A DNA stretch of 64,000 nucleotides from Planctomycetota bacterium (GTDB lineage: Bacteria; Planctomycetota; B15-G4; SIAN01), in assembly GCA_031409275.1 (NCBI GenBank), contig JANNXA010000010.1, positions 160,001 to 224,000 on the forward strand, in the 5' to 3' direction. Shown in pieces: positions 41,170 through 51,933 of the stretch (its first letter is position 1; each line of letters opens with the position of its first letter). Both the position numbers and the translations under genes were made by a program. Under the pieces are notes generated by a model. It worked only from the letters and a program-made list of their open reading frames with translations, was not told the DNA's origin and searched no databases.

Positions 41170-41907
41170 GTGAGCGCCGCTGATCGACGCCCCTTCGAGT
41201 TCCTGCCGCGCCTCATCTCGAAGTGGGGCTTCTGTTCGCGCAAGGAGGCGGAACGGCTGGTGGCCGGCGGTCACGTCACCGTCAATGGCACCATCCGGCG
41301 CGACGTGCTGTGGAAGACCAATCCGCGCAAGGACGACGTCGCCGTCGACGGCCAGCCGGTGAAGCGCGCCGCGCTGCTGTACGCCAAGCTGAACAAGCCG
41401 CTCGGCGTGGTGACCACGATGAAGGACCCGGAAGGGCGGCCCACCGTCGCCGAACTCATCCCGGAACCGCTGCGCGGCGTGATGCCGGTCGGGCGGCTCG
41501 ACCAGGATTCGACCGGGCTGCTGCTGTTGACCAATGACCACGCGCTTGGCGATCGCCTGGTCGGCGCGCAGCGCCACGTCGAGAAGGTCTATCGCGTCGT
41601 GGTCGACGGAGCGCCCGCCGACGACCTCTTCGCGCCGCTGCGCGCGGGAATCGTGCTCGACGATGGCGAGCGCTGCCGACCCGCGCGGGTGACGGTGCAG
41701 GGCCGCGAAGCCGACACCACGCTGCTCGAGGTCGTGCTCGACGAAGGCAAGTTCCGGCAGATCCGCCGCTCGCTGGCGCAGGTCGGGCTGACCGTCCGCT
41801 CGCTCCATCGCCTGCGCATCGGCCCCCTCGAGCTGGGGGCGCTCGCGCCAGGAGCCGTGGTGGCGTTGTCGGCGACGGAACTCGCTTCGCTGCGTCGCTT
41901 GCGCTGA
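41170..41907 (+). CDS. rRNA pseudouridine synthase (RsuA/RluB family, S4 domain)
   Basis: 'CSRKEAE', 'LNKP', 'PVGRLD', 'EGKFRQIRR'. Confidence 0.93.
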   Translation: MSAADRRPFEFLPRLISKWGFCSRKEAERLVAGGHVTVNGTIRRDVLWKTNPRKDDVAVDGQPVKRAALLYAKLNKPLGVVTTMKDPEGRPTVAELIPEPLRGVMPVGRLDQDSTGLLLLTNDHALGDRLVGAQRHVEKVYRVVVDGAPADDLFAPLRAGIVLDDGERCRPARVTVQGREADTTLLEVVLDEGKFRQIRRSLAQVGLTVRSLHRLRIGPLELGALAPGAVVALSATELASLRRLR

Positions 41908-42138
41908 AGAACGCCGCGCGCCAGAGCGCGACGCGGCGCGCCCCGCGTCAGGAGCCTTCTCCCAGGCGGCCGGACGCACGACGCGCACGCAGCCGAACTC
42001 CGGCCTCGCGGCGCAACGCTGATCGCAAGGCGCGGGCCGCCGAACTCGCGGAGCGCGCCCGGGCAACCGCTCGCCAACGGGAACGAGCGGCCGTTGCGGG
42101 TCGCTCGCGTTACCGCGCCGTCACTCCTGGCGCATCGA

Positions 42139-42627
42139 TCAGACGACCAGCACGCTGATCCTGCCGGACGAGTAGCCCGAGATCGCCACTTCGAGGTCGA
42201 CGCGGCCGCCGGGCGCCTTCGCGAGCGCGGCGACCGCTTCCGGCAGTTGCGGGGCGGTCGTCACCGTGCAGAGCGCGACGCGCGGGGTCTTCTGCGAGTT
42301 GAAGAGCGCCGCCCAGACGTTCAGGACCTCGTGGAGGTTCTCCGCGAGGTTGTCCTCGATCTTGCCCGACTTCACGGCCTCTTGCGCGACGACCGGCGGC
42401 AACATCACCAACGCGGCCCCAGCGCTCGCCGCAAGCGGCAGATCGAGGATCAACGCCGCCGCCAGCTTTCCGCCAGCTTCGACGTAGGTCGCGACGACCA
42501 CCGGCTGCTTCGCCGCCGGCAACACCGGCTTGCCCGCCTTCGCGGTCGCCGTGCGGCCGATCAGGCCCGACAGCGTCCTCGCGACGACTCCGGCTTCCGG
42601 GAGGTGGTGGAGCAAGGTGGTCGGCAT
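42139..42627 (-). CDS. CheX/CheC-like hypothetical protein
   Basis: 'ENLHEVLNV' ExxN motif; last gene of the che cluster. Confidence 0.65.
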   Translation of the reverse strand: MPTTLLHHLPEAGVVARTLSGLIGRTATAKAGKPVLPAAKQPVVVATYVEAGGKLAAALILDLPLAASAGAALVMLPPVVAQEAVKSGKIEDNLAENLHEVLNVWAALFNSQKTPRVALCTVTTAPQLPEAVAALAKAPGGRVDLEVAISGYSSGRISVLVV

Positions 42628-42644
42628 GGGCAAAGCTCCGCGCG

Positions 42645-43127
42645 TCAGCTCGCCTTGAAACGGACGACCAGGAGATGGGCTTCGATCTCGCCCATCTTCA
42701 CCGCCACGGTGCCAACCTCCTGGCGATCGGAGGCGAGCAGGCGCCCCTGCATGAAGAGCGGCAGCCCGAGCTTGAAGCCCGGGACGCGCTCCGAGATCAG
42801 CCGTTTCACGGAACCACCGAGGATGTTGGCGATCTCGCCGACGGCATCGCACATGTCGGCATCGCTGATCTCCTCGCTCGGTTCCATGCACAGCATCTTG
42901 CGGGCAAGTGCGCGGCAGCCGTCGATCGACGCAACCACGCCGATCTGTGCCGAAGTCTCGTCGCCGACCAGCGCGACGTAGGAACCGACGTCGGTGACGG
43001 GTGCTTCCGTCGCCGAGGGGCCGACTGTGAAGGTCTGGCAACCGAGCTGCCCCGTGGCGAGTTCCTCGCAGGCCTGGACCGTGATCTGCAACCAGTCTTG
43101 CAGCGTGAACTCCTGGGTGACCGTCAC
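42645..43127 (-). CDS. cheX: Chemotaxis phosphatase CheX
   Basis: 'DAVGEIANILGGSVK...LGLP'. Confidence 0.88.
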   Translation of the reverse strand: MTVTQEFTLQDWLQITVQACEELATGQLGCQTFTVGPSATEAPVTDVGSYVALVGDETSAQIGVVASIDGCRALARKMLCMEPSEEISDADMCDAVGEIANILGGSVKRLISERVPGFKLGLPLFMQGRLLASDRQEVGTVAVKMGEIEAHLLVVRFKAS

Positions 43128-43489
43128 GATGCGAGCACCGGCTGGAGGACCTGCTGGAACGTCTCGGGCGTGAACGGCTTGGCGATCAGGAAGAGCGCGC
43201 CTGAGTCCATCGCCAGCTTGCGCATCTCGGGCGTGCCCTCGGTCGTCACGAAGCCGAACTTCACCGTCTGCCCTTCCGAGCGCAGCTTCTGCAGCAGCTC
43301 GATTCCATTCATCTCCGGCATGTTCCAATCGCACAGGACGAGGTCCGGTGGCGACGCCTTGATGGCGTCGAACGCCAGCGCGCCGTTTTCCGCTTCCTCG
43401 ACGGCGTGCTGTTCGAAACCCGCCTGCTTCAGCGTGCGTGCGACGATCTTGCGCATCGCCTTGCTGTCGTCGACCACCAGGATCTTCAT
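43124..43489 (-). CDS. cheY: Response regulator CheY
   Basis: ILVVDDS, DWNMP, TTE, KPFT. Confidence 0.92.
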   Translation of the reverse strand: MKILVVDDSKAMRKIVARTLKQAGFEQHAVEEAENGALAFDAIKASPPDLVLCDWNMPEMNGIELLQKLRSEGQTVKFGFVTTEGTPEMRKLAMDSGALFLIAKPFTPETFQQVLQPVLAS

Positions 43490-43574
43490 TCGCTTTCCTC
43501 GCGAGAGCTGAGTTGCAGCCATTTCTTCGGCGCAACGTCCCGGTTCCGTGGAGCGAAAAGTGTTCTGCGCGCGT

Positions 43575-44570
43575 TCATGGTTTGTAGGTCGTCGCGCGGC
43601 CGACGCGAACCGCTTTCCAGGACTCGTCGACGCCGAGCAGGCTCTCCGACGCGCCGATCATCAGCACACCGTCGGGCGCCAGCACGGCGCGGATCCGCTT
43701 CAGGATCTGCCGCTTGGTCTCGACGTCGAAGTAGATCAGCACGTTGCGCAGCAGCACGAGGTCGTAGGTCGCCATCGGCGGGAAGGGCGCGACCAGGTTC
43801 ATCTCGCGGAAGTCGACCAGCTCGCGCAGCTCTTCCTTCACGCGGTAGTCGTCGCCGACCGGCTCGAGCCACTTCCACGTCTGCGCATCGGCCATGCCGC
43901 GGCGTACCTCGAAGCTCGAGTACGTGGCCGCCTTCGCGCGGCGCACCATCTCGGCGCTCAGGTCGGTGCCGAGCAGCTCGAGCTTCCACGCTCCGAGCTG
44001 GATGAAGCTGTCGCGCATCATCATCAGCAGGCTGTAGGCCTCCTGACCGCTCGACGACGCCGCCGACCAGATGCGCAGCGTGCGCTTGCTGGCCCGCGCC
44101 CGCAGCAGCTCGGGCAGGATGGATCCTTTCAGTGCCTCGAACGGCTCGAAGTCGCGAAAGAAGCTGGTCTCGTTGGTGGTCAACGCCTCGACCACCTCGA
44201 CCGCGAGCTTGGGATCGTGGCCCAGCCGCAGCTGATCGAACAGCGTGGCGAGCTTCTCGACGTTGCGCCGCCGCGCGAGTGTCTTGAGTCGCGTCTCGAC
44301 CAGGTACTCCTGGCGCGGCTCGATCACGATCCCGGCCCGCTCGCGCACCAGCTTGCGGACGAGCTCGAAGTCGGCCGGGGCGACCAGGGACGGTGCCGGA
44401 GGAGCGGCGGCGATCGCGCGCACGGCAGGCGCGACCGATGCGTCCGCTGGCGAGTGGAGCAGCGGCGCCGCGATCGTTGCACGAATCGGCGGCAGCGGCT
44501 GCACTGGAACCGGCGCGCGTGGTGGCGAGAGCGGCGGCGGAGGTGAGTTCGACGGCGGCGGAGGGGTCAC
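43575..44570 (-). CDS. cheR: Chemotaxis methyltransferase CheR with Pro-rich N-terminal extension
   Basis: LTTNETSFFRD, WSAASSSGQEAYS, RNVLIYF. Confidence 0.95.
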   Translation of the reverse strand: MTPPPPSNSPPPPLSPPRAPVPVQPLPPIRATIAAPLLHSPADASVAPAVRAIAAAPPAPSLVAPADFELVRKLVRERAGIVIEPRQEYLVETRLKTLARRRNVEKLATLFDQLRLGHDPKLAVEVVEALTTNETSFFRDFEPFEALKGSILPELLRARASKRTLRIWSAASSSGQEAYSLLMMMRDSFIQLGAWKLELLGTDLSAEMVRRAKAATYSSFEVRRGMADAQTWKWLEPVGDDYRVKEELRELVDFREMNLVAPFPPMATYDLVLLRNVLIYFDVETKRQILKRIRAVLAPDGVLMIGASESLLGVDESWKAVRVGRATTYKP

Positions 44571-45883
44571 GAGCTCACCGGGACCTTGCGTGGCGCTCGA
44601 CCGCTCGTCGGAACGCGACAGAGGATCTCTGCGGCGATCTCGCCAAGCGGGAGCACGGCGTCGGCAAGACCGCGACCGGCGACGAAGCCGGGCATTCCCC
44701 AGACCACGCTGCTCTGCTCGTCCTGCGCCAGCACGGAACCACCGGCTTGCTTGATCGCCTCGGCTCCCTTGGCGCCATCACTGCCCATGCCGGTCAACAC
44801 CACTCCCAGCACGCGCTTGCCGTAGCAATGCGCCACGGACCGGAACAGCGGGTCGACGGCGGGGCGGCAGGAGTTCTCCGGCGCGTCCTGGTTCAACGTG
44901 AGCTTGAACTGACTGCCGGCGCGTTCGACGACCATGTGGTGATCGCCGGGCGCGATGTAGACATGCCCTGGCTCGAGGAGCATGCCCGCTTCCGCCTCGT
45001 GCACCTTGACCCGGCACTTGGTGGCAAGCTGCTGCGATAGCAGCTTGGTGAACAGCGGTGGCATGTGCTGCACGATCACGATCGGCAGCGAGAAGTCGCC
45101 GGGGATCGCGGGAAGCAGAACGTTCAGCGCCGACGGGCCGCCGGTCGAGACGCCGATCGCGACGATCTCAGGCGTATCGCCGGCCGAGAGGCGCGGCGCT
45201 TTGCGCGGGAAGCTGGTCGGCGTCGCGGACCGGGATGCGAGCGCTGGCGGCGCGTGGTGGACCGGCGCTGGCGCCGCGACACGCGGCGTCGGCAGGGCCG
45301 GAAGCTTCAAGCCGCGGATCCTGCCGCGGAAGTCGCTGCGTTGCGCATCGTCCCAATGCGGCGAACCGGGCGGACGCGGCTTGCCGCGGTGATCGAGCGC
45401 GGCGGGCGCCGCGGGTGCGATCGCTGCTGGCCGCGTCGCAGGCGCAGGCGCCACGGGGGTTCGCCGGGCGGCCGAACGCCCGCCGTGATGCTTCAACTTG
45501 TTGAAGAGGTCCTCGCGCAGCGCCTGCATCGCCTCGTGCAGGCTGGCGCTGTTGGTGGGCTTGGCGACGTAGTCGACGGCGCCCGCCCCCAACGCTTCGA
45601 GCGTCGCGGTGGCGCCACGTTGCGACAGCGTGCTGAACATGATGACCGGCAGCTTCGGCCAGCGCGCGAAGAGCTGGCGCGCCGCTTCGACCCCGTCCAT
45701 CTCGGGCATCTCGATGTCGAGCGTGACGACGTCGGGCGCCAGCGCCTCGACCTGCGTCAGCGCGAGCTTTCCGTTGGCGGCGGTACCCACGACCTCGAAC
45801 ATCGGGTCGGCGGCCAGCGTGTCGCACAGGATCTTTCGAACGACCGCGGAGTCGTCGACGACCAGCACCCGGATGCACCCCAT
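44567..45883 (-). CDS. cheB: Chemotaxis methylesterase CheB (REC + long linker + esterase)
   Basis: VVDDS, LDIEMP; GVSTGGP, VQHMP, GMGSDG. Confidence 0.95.
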   Translation of the reverse strand: MGCIRVLVVDDSAVVRKILCDTLAADPMFEVVGTAANGKLALTQVEALAPDVVTLDIEMPEMDGVEAARQLFARWPKLPVIMFSTLSQRGATATLEALGAGAVDYVAKPTNSASLHEAMQALREDLFNKLKHHGGRSAARRTPVAPAPATRPAAIAPAAPAALDHRGKPRPPGSPHWDDAQRSDFRGRIRGLKLPALPTPRVAAPAPVHHAPPALASRSATPTSFPRKAPRLSAGDTPEIVAIGVSTGGPSALNVLLPAIPGDFSLPIVIVQHMPPLFTKLLSQQLATKCRVKVHEAEAGMLLEPGHVYIAPGDHHMVVERAGSQFKLTLNQDAPENSCRPAVDPLFRSVAHCYGKRVLGVVLTGMGSDGAKGAEAIKQAGGSVLAQDEQSSVVWGMPGFVAGRGLADAVLPLGEIAAEILCRVPTSGRAPRKVPVSS

Positions 45884-45887
45884 CGGA

Positions 45888-46688
45888 TCACTCCGCACGC
45901 CCGGCGAGCGTCGCGGCCGTCTTCCGACAGGCGACGGCAGCGCGCGACATCGCGCGCGCCGACTCGCTCACGCGCGCCACGCCCTGGTCGATCTCGCCGC
46001 TCTCGCGTGCGGCGTCGGCGACACAGCGAGCGATCTCGGTCGTCGTCGCATTCTGCTCCTCGACCGCTCCGGCGATGCCGTTCTGGCTGTCGTGGATGCG
46101 CGCGATGATCCGCGAGATCGCGGCGATCGCGGCGACGGCGCTCTTCGTGTCGGCCTGGATCGACTCGACGCGGCGCACGATCTCCGTGGTCGCTTTCGCG
46201 GTCGCCCGCGCCAGATCCTTCACCTCGTTCGCGACGACCGCGAAACCCTTGCCCGCCTCGCCGGCGCGCGCCGCCTCGATGGTGGCGTTCAGCGCCAGCA
46301 GGTTGGTCTGTTGCGCGATCGACGAGATCACCTTCACCACGTCGCCGATCTCGGCGCTCGAGGCGCCGAGCCGCGAGACGGTCGCCGTGGTCGACTCCGC
46401 CGCCGAAACCGCCGAGCGGGCGACCTGCGCCGCCTCGCTGGTGTTCTTCGAGATCTCGCGGATGCTGGTCGTCATCTGCTCGAGGCTGCCGCTCACGCTG
46501 CGCAACCCCTCGCTGACACGGCTCGCGCCGGCGCCGAGCCGGCTCGCCTCGGTGGTCGTCGTCTCCGCGTCGCGGCCAAGATCGTCGGCGACGCGTGCCA
46601 GCTGCTGGATGACTCCGACCTGATCGACGCGCTCCGCGCCCGGCTCTGCGATCGGCGCGCGCGCGCTCCGCTTTTCGGCGATCGCCAT
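45888..46688 (-). CDS. Soluble methyl-accepting chemotaxis protein, signalling domain only
   Basis: '[37 protein letters not shown]'; no TM or sensor domain; 266 aa. Confidence 0.9.
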   Translation of the reverse strand: MAIAEKRSARAPIAEPGAERVDQVGVIQQLARVADDLGRDAETTTTEASRLGAGASRVSEGLRSVSGSLEQMTTSIREISKNTSEAAQVARSAVSAAESTTATVSRLGASSAEIGDVVKVISSIAQQTNLLALNATIEAARAGEAGKGFAVVANEVKDLARATAKATTEIVRRVESIQADTKSAVAAIAAISRIIARIHDSQNGIAGAVEEQNATTTEIARCVADAARESGEIDQGVARVSESARAMSRAAVACRKTAATLAGRAE

Positions 46689-47188
46689 CAGAGTTCTCCG
46701 GCAGCGGCCGTTGCCGGCACTGCGTGATTGCGCGCGCCGTCGCGGGCGCCATGCGCGTTCAAGACGCTCGCGCCACTCGCGAGCGCCTTCTCCTTGTCGA
46801 GCACGAGGAGCAGCTGCCCCTCGAGCTTGTAGACACCCTTCAACACTTCGCGGACGACGCCGGGCACGGTGTCGGGCGTCCGCTCGAACCGCTCGGGCTC
46901 GGCCGTCACGACGTCGCCGATCTCGTCGATCAGGAAGCTGACCGCGCCGTGATCGCTGCACACGACCAGGTTGATCGGCGTCTCGCCCTCGCCGCGATCG
47001 GGCAGCGACAGGCAGGCGCGCAGATCGATCGCCATGACGATCTGGCCCCGCAGATTGAGCAGCCCGCGCACGATGCGCGGCGCCAACGGCACCCGCGTCA
47101 TGCTCTGCGGCAGGACCACCTCCTGGACCTCGGCAACGTCGATGCCGAACCGGTGGCCCGCCAGCGTGAACGTGCAGTATTGATGCAT
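46688..47188 (-). CDS. cheW: CheW
   Basis: '[12 protein letters not shown]...RVPLAP...GLLNLRGQI'. Confidence 0.95.
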   Translation of the reverse strand: MHQYCTFTLAGHRFGIDVAEVQEVVLPQSMTRVPLAPRIVRGLLNLRGQIVMAIDLRACLSLPDRGEGETPINLVVCSDHGAVSFLIDEIGDVVTAEPERFERTPDTVPGVVREVLKGVYKLEGQLLLVLDKEKALASGASVLNAHGARDGARNHAVPATAAAGEL

Positions 47189-47199
47189 GACGTTCTCCT

Positions 47200-49470
47200 T
47201 CAGGCGCCGGTCGCGACGGCCGCGAGATCGAACAGGCCCGGCTGCGCACGCTCGAGCGCCTGGCGCAAGCCGATCAGCTCGGTCACCTTCTCCTGCAGCA
47301 CCACGGACTCGCTGCCGCGGGATGCGCTCGCGGTCTGACGCACGCGAATCGCCTCGTAGACGATGTCGGGCACGCCATCGATCACGAGGCCGAAGTGGTG
47401 GCCCTCGAAGGCGTAGACGACGACGTGCGCGACGCCTTCGGCGCTCGTCCAGGACCGGTCACCGGCCGCGTGCACCAGCGGCATGATCTCGCCGCGGTAC
47501 TGCACCACCGGCTGATCACCGCCGAACTCGATCTGCTCGCGCTTGAACTCCTCGAGGCGCGCGGCGTCGGCCAACGGAACCGCCATGCGACGGCCACCGG
47601 CCTGGAAGACCAGGACGGTGCTGGGTTCGACGAAGTCGGCAGCCTCATCCTCGCCGCGCTTGTCGGCGATGCCGTGCTCCTGCATCTTGGTCACCACGCC
47701 ACCGGCATGGGCGACCCCGCACACGTCGAGGATCAGCGCCACGCGACCATCGCCCATGATGGTGACGCCGGCGTAGACCTCGATGCTCTTCAGCATCTTG
47801 CACAGCGGCTTGACGACGACTTCCTGCGTGTCGTAGATGTTGTCGACGACGAGGCCGAATTGCAGATCCTCGGCCTGCAGCACCACGATGTTCAGGCACT
47901 CGCGTTTGCGCGCGAGGATCTGCGCGCGATCGGCCTTGTCGCCGCTGAGCAGCGCATCGAGGTCGATCAGCGGCAGGAGGTTGCCGCGCAGCCGGTAGAC
48001 CGGCGTCCCCTGGATGCTCTCGATCGCCGTCGGCACCTGTTCGGCGTCGATGCGGATCAACTTGACCAGGTTCACCTGCGGAATGGCGAAGCAGCTTCCG
48101 CCCGAGACGACCAGCAGCGCCGGGATGATCGCCAGCGTCGGCGGGATCTTGATGCGAACGGTGGCGCCCTTGCCGACGTGGCTCTTCAGTTCGATGTCGC
48201 CGCCGATCTTCTCGACGTTCGACTTCACCACGTCCATGCCGACCCCGCGGCCGGAGATGTTGGTGACCTTCTCGGCGGTGGAGAAGCCCGCGAGGAAGAT
48301 CATCTGGATGGCGTCGCGATCGGACAGCGCGGCGGCCTGCTCGGGGGTCAGAAGCCCCTTCTCCAGCGCCTTCTTCTTGATGCGTTCGGGATCGATGCCG
48401 CCGCCGTCGTCGGAGATCTCGATGATGACCTGGCCGTTCTCCTGGAATGCGCGCAGCGTCACCACGCCTTCGGCGGGTTTGCCCTTCGCGGTGCGCGCCG
48501 CCGGCGTCTCGATGCCGTGGTCGATCGAGTTGCGGACGAGATGGGTGAGCGGGTCCTTGATCGCCTCGACGATGGTGCGATCGAGTTCCGTCTCCTTGCC
48601 CTCCATCTCGAGGCGGACCTGCTTGCCGCAGGCGAGCGATACGTCGCGCACGACGCGCGGGAACTTGCTCCAGACGTTGCCGATCGGCTGCATGCGCGTC
48701 TTCATCACGCCTTCCTGCAGCTCGGAGGTGATGACATTCAATCGCTGCATCGTGGCGGTGAGGCCGGCATCGCCCTGGTTCGAGGTCAGCTGCAAGATCT
48801 GGTTGCGCGCCAGGACCAGCTCGCCGACCAGGTTCATCAGCTGGTCGATCAGGCCGACGTCCACACGCAAGCTGGTCTCGGCGACGCCGTGCTTGCCGCC
48901 GTCCCCCGCTTCCGCTTCGGCGGGCCGCTTGGCCTCCACCGGAACCGCGGGTGCCACGACCAGCACGGCCACTGGAGCGGCGGCCACTGGCACAACAGCG
49001 ACGGGCGCAGCGACGACCGGCGCAGCAGCGACCGGAACCGGATTCAGTGGCGCAGCGGCCGGCTTGGCGGCGCCCGCCTTGCTGCGCGACTCGTTTAGTT
49101 GCGTGATGTGCGCCTTCAAGGCGTCGTAGCTTTCGTCACCCTCGCTGCCGTGATTCTCGATGCGGCCGAGGATCTCGCGCACGGCGTCGACGAGCTTGAG
49201 CAGCGCGGTGGTGAGTTCCCCGTCCAGCCCGAACGCGCCATCGCGCAGCTTGGAGAGCAGGCTTTCACCGACGTGCGCGACCGCTTCGAGCTTCGAGAAG
49301 CCGAGGAATCCGCACGTCCCCTTGATCGTGTGGATCGAGCGGAAGATGCTGGCCAGGCGCTTGGGATCGCCGGGGTTCTTCTCGAGCGCCACGAACTCCT
49401 GATCGAGGCGGTCGAGGTTCTCGGCGCTCTCGACGAGGAATTCGCGGACTAGATCGTCCATCTCGCCCAT
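47200..49470 (-). CDS. cheA: CheA histidine kinase with two CheW domains
   Basis: Hpt 'FRSIHTIKG'; 'LMNLVGELV'; '[12 protein letters not shown]'; '[10 protein letters not shown]'; tandem CheW-like domains. Confidence 0.96.
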   Translation of the reverse strand: MGEMDDLVREFLVESAENLDRLDQEFVALEKNPGDPKRLASIFRSIHTIKGTCGFLGFSKLEAVAHVGESLLSKLRDGAFGLDGELTTALLKLVDAVREILGRIENHGSEGDESYDALKAHITQLNESRSKAGAAKPAAAPLNPVPVAAAPVVAAPVAVVPVAAAPVAVLVVAPAVPVEAKRPAEAEAGDGGKHGVAETSLRVDVGLIDQLMNLVGELVLARNQILQLTSNQGDAGLTATMQRLNVITSELQEGVMKTRMQPIGNVWSKFPRVVRDVSLACGKQVRLEMEGKETELDRTIVEAIKDPLTHLVRNSIDHGIETPAARTAKGKPAEGVVTLRAFQENGQVIIEISDDGGGIDPERIKKKALEKGLLTPEQAAALSDRDAIQMIFLAGFSTAEKVTNISGRGVGMDVVKSNVEKIGGDIELKSHVGKGATVRIKIPPTLAIIPALLVVSGGSCFAIPQVNLVKLIRIDAEQVPTAIESIQGTPVYRLRGNLLPLIDLDALLSGDKADRAQILARKRECLNIVVLQAEDLQFGLVVDNIYDTQEVVVKPLCKMLKSIEVYAGVTIMGDGRVALILDVCGVAHAGGVVTKMQEHGIADKRGEDEAADFVEPSTVLVFQAGGRRMAVPLADAARLEEFKREQIEFGGDQPVVQYRGEIMPLVHAAGDRSWTSAEGVAHVVVYAFEGHHFGLVIDGVPDIVYEAIRVRQTASASRGSESVVLQEKVTELIGLRQALERAQPGLFDLAAVATGA

Positions 49471-49568
49471 GCCCCGCCTCCCGAACGACCGCCGCTGCAG
49501 CCCGCCTCGCGCGCCAATCTCGGCGCCTCATCGTCGGGGTGCGACAGAAGACTGAAGGAGCAAGGGAG

Positions 49569-50399
49569 ATGCCGGAGCTGCCCGAGGTGGAGACCACGCG
49601 GCGAGGCATCGCCCCGCACGTACTTGGCGCCGCGATCGTGCAGCTGGTGGTGCGCGACCGTCGCCTTCGCTGGCCGCTGCCGGCCGGCCTCGAAGCGCGC
49701 GTGGCCGGCGCCCGCATCGCCTCGGTCGAGCGGCGCGCGAAGTACCTGCTGCTGCCGCTCGCACGTCACGGTGCAACTGCCGGAACGCTGCTGCTGCATC
49801 TCGGAATGTCGGGCAGCCTGCGCGTGTTGCCGGCGACGACGCCGGCGCGACCGCACGACCACGTCGACCTGGTGTTGGAGAGCGGCCGCTGCCTGCGTCT
49901 CCACGACCCACGGCGATTCGGTTGCCTGCTGCTGATCGAGGGCGATCCGCACCAGCATGCGTTGCTGCGCGACCTCGGCCCCGAGCCGCTCGAACGCAGC
50001 TTCGACGGAGCGCTGCTGGCCGCGCGTGCCCTCGGTCGCAGCGCGCCGGTGAAGAGCTTCCTCATGGATGGCACCGTGGTCGTCGGTGTCGGCAACATCT
50101 ACGCCAACGAGGCGCTGTGGCGCGCCGGCATCGACCCGCGTCGCGCGGCGGGCCGCGTCGCGCGCGCCCGCTTCGACGCATTGGCTACCGCCGTGAAAGA
50201 GGTGTTGCGCGAGGCGATCGAGAAGGGCGGCACCACGCTGCGCGACTTCGTCCAGGTGGACGGCACCTCCGGCTACTTCCGCCTCGAACTCGCCGTCTAC
50301 GACCGAGCCGGCGCGCCGTGCCCGCGCTGCCACGCGGCGATCCGCGTCGCGCGAGTCGGCCAGCGATCGACCTTCTTCTGCACGCGCTGCCAACGCTGA
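49569..50399 (+). CDS. mutM: Formamidopyrimidine-DNA glycosylase
   Basis: MPELPEVE, HLGMSG, GVGNIYA, zinc finger CPRC...CTRCQ. Confidence 0.97.
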   Translation: MPELPEVETTRRGIAPHVLGAAIVQLVVRDRRLRWPLPAGLEARVAGARIASVERRAKYLLLPLARHGATAGTLLLHLGMSGSLRVLPATTPARPHDHVDLVLESGRCLRLHDPRRFGCLLLIEGDPHQHALLRDLGPEPLERSFDGALLAARALGRSAPVKSFLMDGTVVVGVGNIYANEALWRAGIDPRRAAGRVARARFDALATAVKEVLREAIEKGGTTLRDFVQVDGTSGYFRLELAVYDRAGAPCPRCHAAIRVARVGQRSTFFCTRCQR

Positions 50400-50484
50400 T
50401 CGGCGCGCCGCGCCAGCCGTATGATCCGCCGCTTCGCGACGCCGCGCCGCGGCCTTGCGTTCCGCTCCACCTCGCGAGACCTCC

Positions 50485-51930
50485 ATGCTGTCGATGCTCG
50501 TCCCGTTCGTGCTCGCCTGTGCCGTCGGTGACTTGCGCGATTCCGTCGTGAAGATCCACGTCACCGTGCGCGCACCCGACGCGATCCGGCCGTGGAGCAA
50601 GCAGCAGCCGACCGAGCAGTCGGGTTCGGGCGTCGTCCTCGAGGGCGGCCGCATCCTCACGAACGCCCATGTCGTGCGTTACGCGACGCAGGTGCGCGTG
50701 CAGCCGAACCAATCGAGCGAGAAGCTCAACGCCAAGGTGCGCGCGATTTCGGTGGGCATGGACCTCGCGCTGCTCGAGCTCGACGATGCGACGGCGCTCG
50801 CGACACGACCGGTGGCGACGCTCGCGACGACGCGACCGGCCGTCGGCGCGAAGGTCGCCGCCTTCGGCTTCCCGATCGGCGGCGACACGCTGTCGGTGAC
50901 CGAGGGATCGATCTCGCGCATCGAGTATGCGCCGTACAACGACGGCGAAGGCGGGTTGCGCATCCAGGTCGACGCCGCGATCAACCCCGGCAACAGCGGC
51001 GGCCCCGCCGCCGTCGACGGCCAGGTGGTCGGGCTCTGCTTCAGCGGCATCCGCGGCGCCGACAACATCGGCTACGTGATCCCGAGCGAAGAGCTGCGGA
51101 CGTTCCTCGACGATGCCGCGGACGGCAGCGTCGATGGCAAGCCGCGCCTCGACCTGCGCCTGCAGACGCTCGAAAACCCGGCGCTGCGCACGCGACTCGG
51201 CATCGACAAGTCGGTCACCGGGCTGATGCTCACCGGCACGCCGTCGGCGTCGACCGCGGGGCTCCTCGAGCCGTGGGACGTCGTGCAGCGCATCGGCCCG
51301 CACGCCATCGACAACGACGGCATGGTCGCCGGCGAGGATGGCCTGCGCCTGTCGTGGCAGTACTGGGTCGCCTCGATCGAGCACGACGGCAAGGTGGCGG
51401 TGACGGTGGTGCGCGGCGGCAAGCCACTCGACTTGCAGCTGCCCATCGCGCCGCGCGGCGCGCAATTGCTGCCCACACTGGGGAATCGCTACCCGAGCTA
51501 CTTCGTGTGGGGTCCGTGCGCCTTCTCGCCGGTCTATGCCGACTATGCCGGCGGCATCGTGCGCGGCGTGCTCGGCTCGAAGAGCCCGATCGTCGATCGG
51601 CTGGGCGATGACGTCGCCTTCGCCGGCGAGCAGCTCGTGATGCTCTGCTCGCCGCTCCTCCCGCACCAGCTGTCGAAGGGCTACGACGCCGGCCCGTTCA
51701 GCGTGGTCGGCAAGGTGAACGGCGTCGCGATCAACAACCTCGCCCACCTGGTCGAAGTGCTGCGCGACCAGAAGGACGAGTTCGTCGTCATCGAGTTCGC
51801 CGATCAAGGCACCGAGACGCTGGTCTTCAAGCGCGCCGACGTGCTGGCCGCGCAGGACGAGATCCTCGAAGACAACGGCATCCGCAATGCGTGCTCCACC
51901 GACCTCGAGAAGGTCTGGAAGAAGGAGTAG
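50485..51930 (+). CDS. Trypsin-like serine protease with PDZ domains (HtrA/Deg2-like)
   Basis: LTNAHVV, DLALL, INPGNSGGP; two PDZ-like domains. Confidence 0.92.
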   Translation: MLSMLVPFVLACAVGDLRDSVVKIHVTVRAPDAIRPWSKQQPTEQSGSGVVLEGGRILTNAHVVRYATQVRVQPNQSSEKLNAKVRAISVGMDLALLELDDATALATRPVATLATTRPAVGAKVAAFGFPIGGDTLSVTEGSISRIEYAPYNDGEGGLRIQVDAAINPGNSGGPAAVDGQVVGLCFSGIRGADNIGYVIPSEELRTFLDDAADGSVDGKPRLDLRLQTLENPALRTRLGIDKSVTGLMLTGTPSASTAGLLEPWDVVQRIGPHAIDNDGMVAGEDGLRLSWQYWVASIEHDGKVAVTVVRGGKPLDLQLPIAPRGAQLLPTLGNRYPSYFVWGPCAFSPVYADYAGGIVRGVLGSKSPIVDRLGDDVAFAGEQLVMLCSPLLPHQLSKGYDAGPFSVVGKVNGVAINNLAHLVEVLRDQKDEFVVIEFADQGTETLVFKRADVLAAQDEILEDNGIRNACSTDLEKVWKKE

Positions 51931-51933
51931 TCG

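Noticed and set aside
41910..42135. Several GC-rich hairpins between convergent genes as an ncRNA
   Set aside because: Stems are short and expected by chance at this GC content; no recognisable RNA family motif
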